Of a stretch of DNA of 64,000 bases, positions 62,093 to 64,000 are shown piece by piece. The number at the start of each line of letters is the position of its first letter. Position 1 is the stretch's first letter. This DNA is from Halocafeteria seosinensis. Its lineage: Eukaryota. The notes under the pieces were generated by a model. It was not told the origin of the DNA. It made no database searches and saw only the letters and a program-made list of their open reading frames with translations. The translations under genes and the position numbers were made by a program. The stretch lies in assembly GCA_001687465.1 (NCBI GenBank), contig LVLI01000214.1, positions 1-64,000 on the forward strand, read 5' to 3'.

Positions 62093-62791
62093 TATCGGAA
62101 GGACCCGTATTTATTTACAATGAGGAAGCACTCTCTCCGTCCGTTGGCTTCGGGTCGACTAACCGCGAAAGAGCTAGGAAATTAAACCTGCCGAGTTTCT
62201 CCATGTCACATGTGCGGCATGATGTGCCGTTCTTCTTCTGCTCGCCTTCACTAAGGCTTCACATATCATCACAAGTTCCAACTAGTTCCTGTTTCTCTAA
62301 CTACTTAAAAGATCCTTCAGACTCCCGATGCTTCAGTTTGTACACCACTCCTCATGGACACTTCCCAACCTGGTCGACGAGTCATCCCCGTTGTATGCAG
62401 TCGCTTCACTTTCACCGGCATAGGTCCCCCTTCAACACCAAATATTTTGTATGTAACAGAGATCCTACCCTCCATTCGCGCACTCCACCAGCCGATTCCG
62501 TCTGGCATACACCAAAGACGGTGTCTCATGAATACTAAAACTTTGGCGGGACATTCTTGCTTCCATTCCCCATTTTATGAATAAGGTGTACTAGGGAACA
62601 TTACCCTATACAATTGATGAGACAGTCATTGAGACTAGTTGTATCTGCAGCAGGTCTCCCATAGCGCGAGTATACCCATCGTGGATGCTGATGCTGATAA
62701 TGGGTTGTTTGTTCAAGGAATAGTTTAAGTAAGCCCCATGAGTTGGAATTTCAGCGGGATATAGCTGGCCCACAAACAGGATTAAGGGAAG

Positions 62792-64000
62792 ATGATGCAG
62801 GAACATGATGGCCATAGTCACACAACAGGAAAGGAGCACCATCCTCCAGAAGAGCAAAACGGCAGCCAGCATGACACCCGTGGGGTTGAACAATCGCGTA
62901 ATCAAGAGACAGGAAGTGTGCAACGAGATAAGCGTGCACAGGAGAGTAGTGGAAATGATAACTATGACGTTATTGAGCATCTCATGGATTTGAGCACGTT
63001 GGCTGAAAAACTGGGAACGAACATTGATATTGAACGTCCGCAGAACTCCACGGGACTTACGCTGGCAGAAGCGGAAGCTCGACTCCGTGAGAACGGACCA
63101 AACAAGCTAAGCCCTCCGAAAGCAACACCAGAATGACTAAAGTTCTTGCTCCATTTCACCGATCTCTTTACAGCTATGCTCTTCGCTGCAACAATCCTGT
63201 CGCTAGTAGCCTTTGTCAGCAACCCTGATGATTTGCTGAATCTTTATTTAACAGTTTTACTGGCTTTCATAATTGTTTTAAACAGTAGTATTGGCTACTT
63301 CCAAGAGCGTCACAGCGGTAAGGTGATGCAATCGGTTGGTAAAATGATGTCGCGACAGTGTAGAGTAGTCAGGGAAGGTGGTCAAATGAGGACCGATGCG
63401 TCAAACTTAGTCATTGGCGACCTTGTTATGATACAAGAGGGAGACCGCGTCCCGGCAGATTTGAGAATCATTCATACAAATAATGTTAAAGTTGAAGCAA
63501 GCTCAATAACGGGAGAGAGTGCCCCGGTGCAATGTACTGTGAAGGCATCGAATGAGGTCGCCTTGCACTCTAGCAATCTCGCGTTCAACACAGCTGAATG
63601 CACCCAAGGTAGTGCACTTGGAATAGTCATCCGTCGGGGTGATGAATCCATGATTGGCATTGTAGCACGACTGGCTTCAAGCGAGAAGAGTGTTGAAACT
63701 ACCTTGCAAAAGGAGACGAAGCGATTTGTTCGCTTCATCTCGATCATGGCTTTGACAACTGCCTTAACTCTGTTTATAGTGGGTATTGCACGAGGGTTTC
63801 CTTTGCTAGAAACGTTCGTAGTAACTTTCGTTGCTATTCTTGTGGCCAACATCCCTCAAGGGATTCCAGCAACGGTAACAACCGCCTTAACTGTGGCCGC
63901 TAGGAGGATGCAATCGGTTAATGTATTCGTCAAGAGACTTGATGCTGTTGAGACTTTGGGTGCTGCTTCCGTAATAGGCTCTGACAAAACGGGTACTCTC
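62792..64000 (+). CDS. P2C-like (Na+/K+- or H+/K+-type) P-type ATPase alpha subunit, 5' part only, interrupted by one in-frame TGA at 63134-63136 (pseudogene or recoded)
   Basis: GLT..EA..RL..NGPNKLSPPKATPE*LKF, GDRVPADLR, SSITGES, VANIPQGIPATVT, AVETLG and SDKTGTL are all in one frame, which runs off the window edge. Confidence 0.88.

Noticed and set aside
56150..62650. Intact Pack-MULE element
   Set aside because: No terminal inverted repeats or target-site duplication were found by eye.
63134..63136. Genome-wide UGA=Trp reassignment or selenocysteine
   Set aside because: Other genes here end in TGA (e.g. 13649-13651, 32159-32161) and encode Trp as TGG. The position corresponds to Trp, not Cys.

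Overview
Gene-dense eukaryotic (protist-like, tentatively stramenopile/SAR) nuclear DNA. It uses the standard genetic code and has short GT-AG introns, mostly about 43-85 nt. Conserved housekeeping genes: ABCF3/GCN20-like, XRCC4-like, Reb1/DMTF1-type Myb, MOK kinase, a giant USP9/24/34-like deubiquitinase, a PX-domain protein, a Nup188-like nucleoporin carrying an EF-hand pair, an R2R3 Myb, a RAP-domain protein, TMEM50/Vps68 and a DAPIT-like mitochondrial protein. These are interspersed with an unusually large set of membrane-anchored glycan-modifying enzymes: two GT8s, a GT2-like protein, an HtrL/YibB-like protein, another GT-A enzyme, a degenerate sulfotransferase-like protein and a bacterial-type AT3-SGNH O-acetyltransferase, plus decayed copies. 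The last 8 kb is rearranged. It holds a truncated copy of a P-type ATPase 5' end, the AT3-SGNH gene, a MULE transposase remnant, a shuffled three-unit LRR-like repeat, and a P2C-like ATPase with a single in-frame TGA (UGA-CUA context) at a conserved Trp and a PQG-for-PEG motif. No CRISPR, tRNA or rRNA was recognised. All family calls are from motif recognition by eye, with no database searches.
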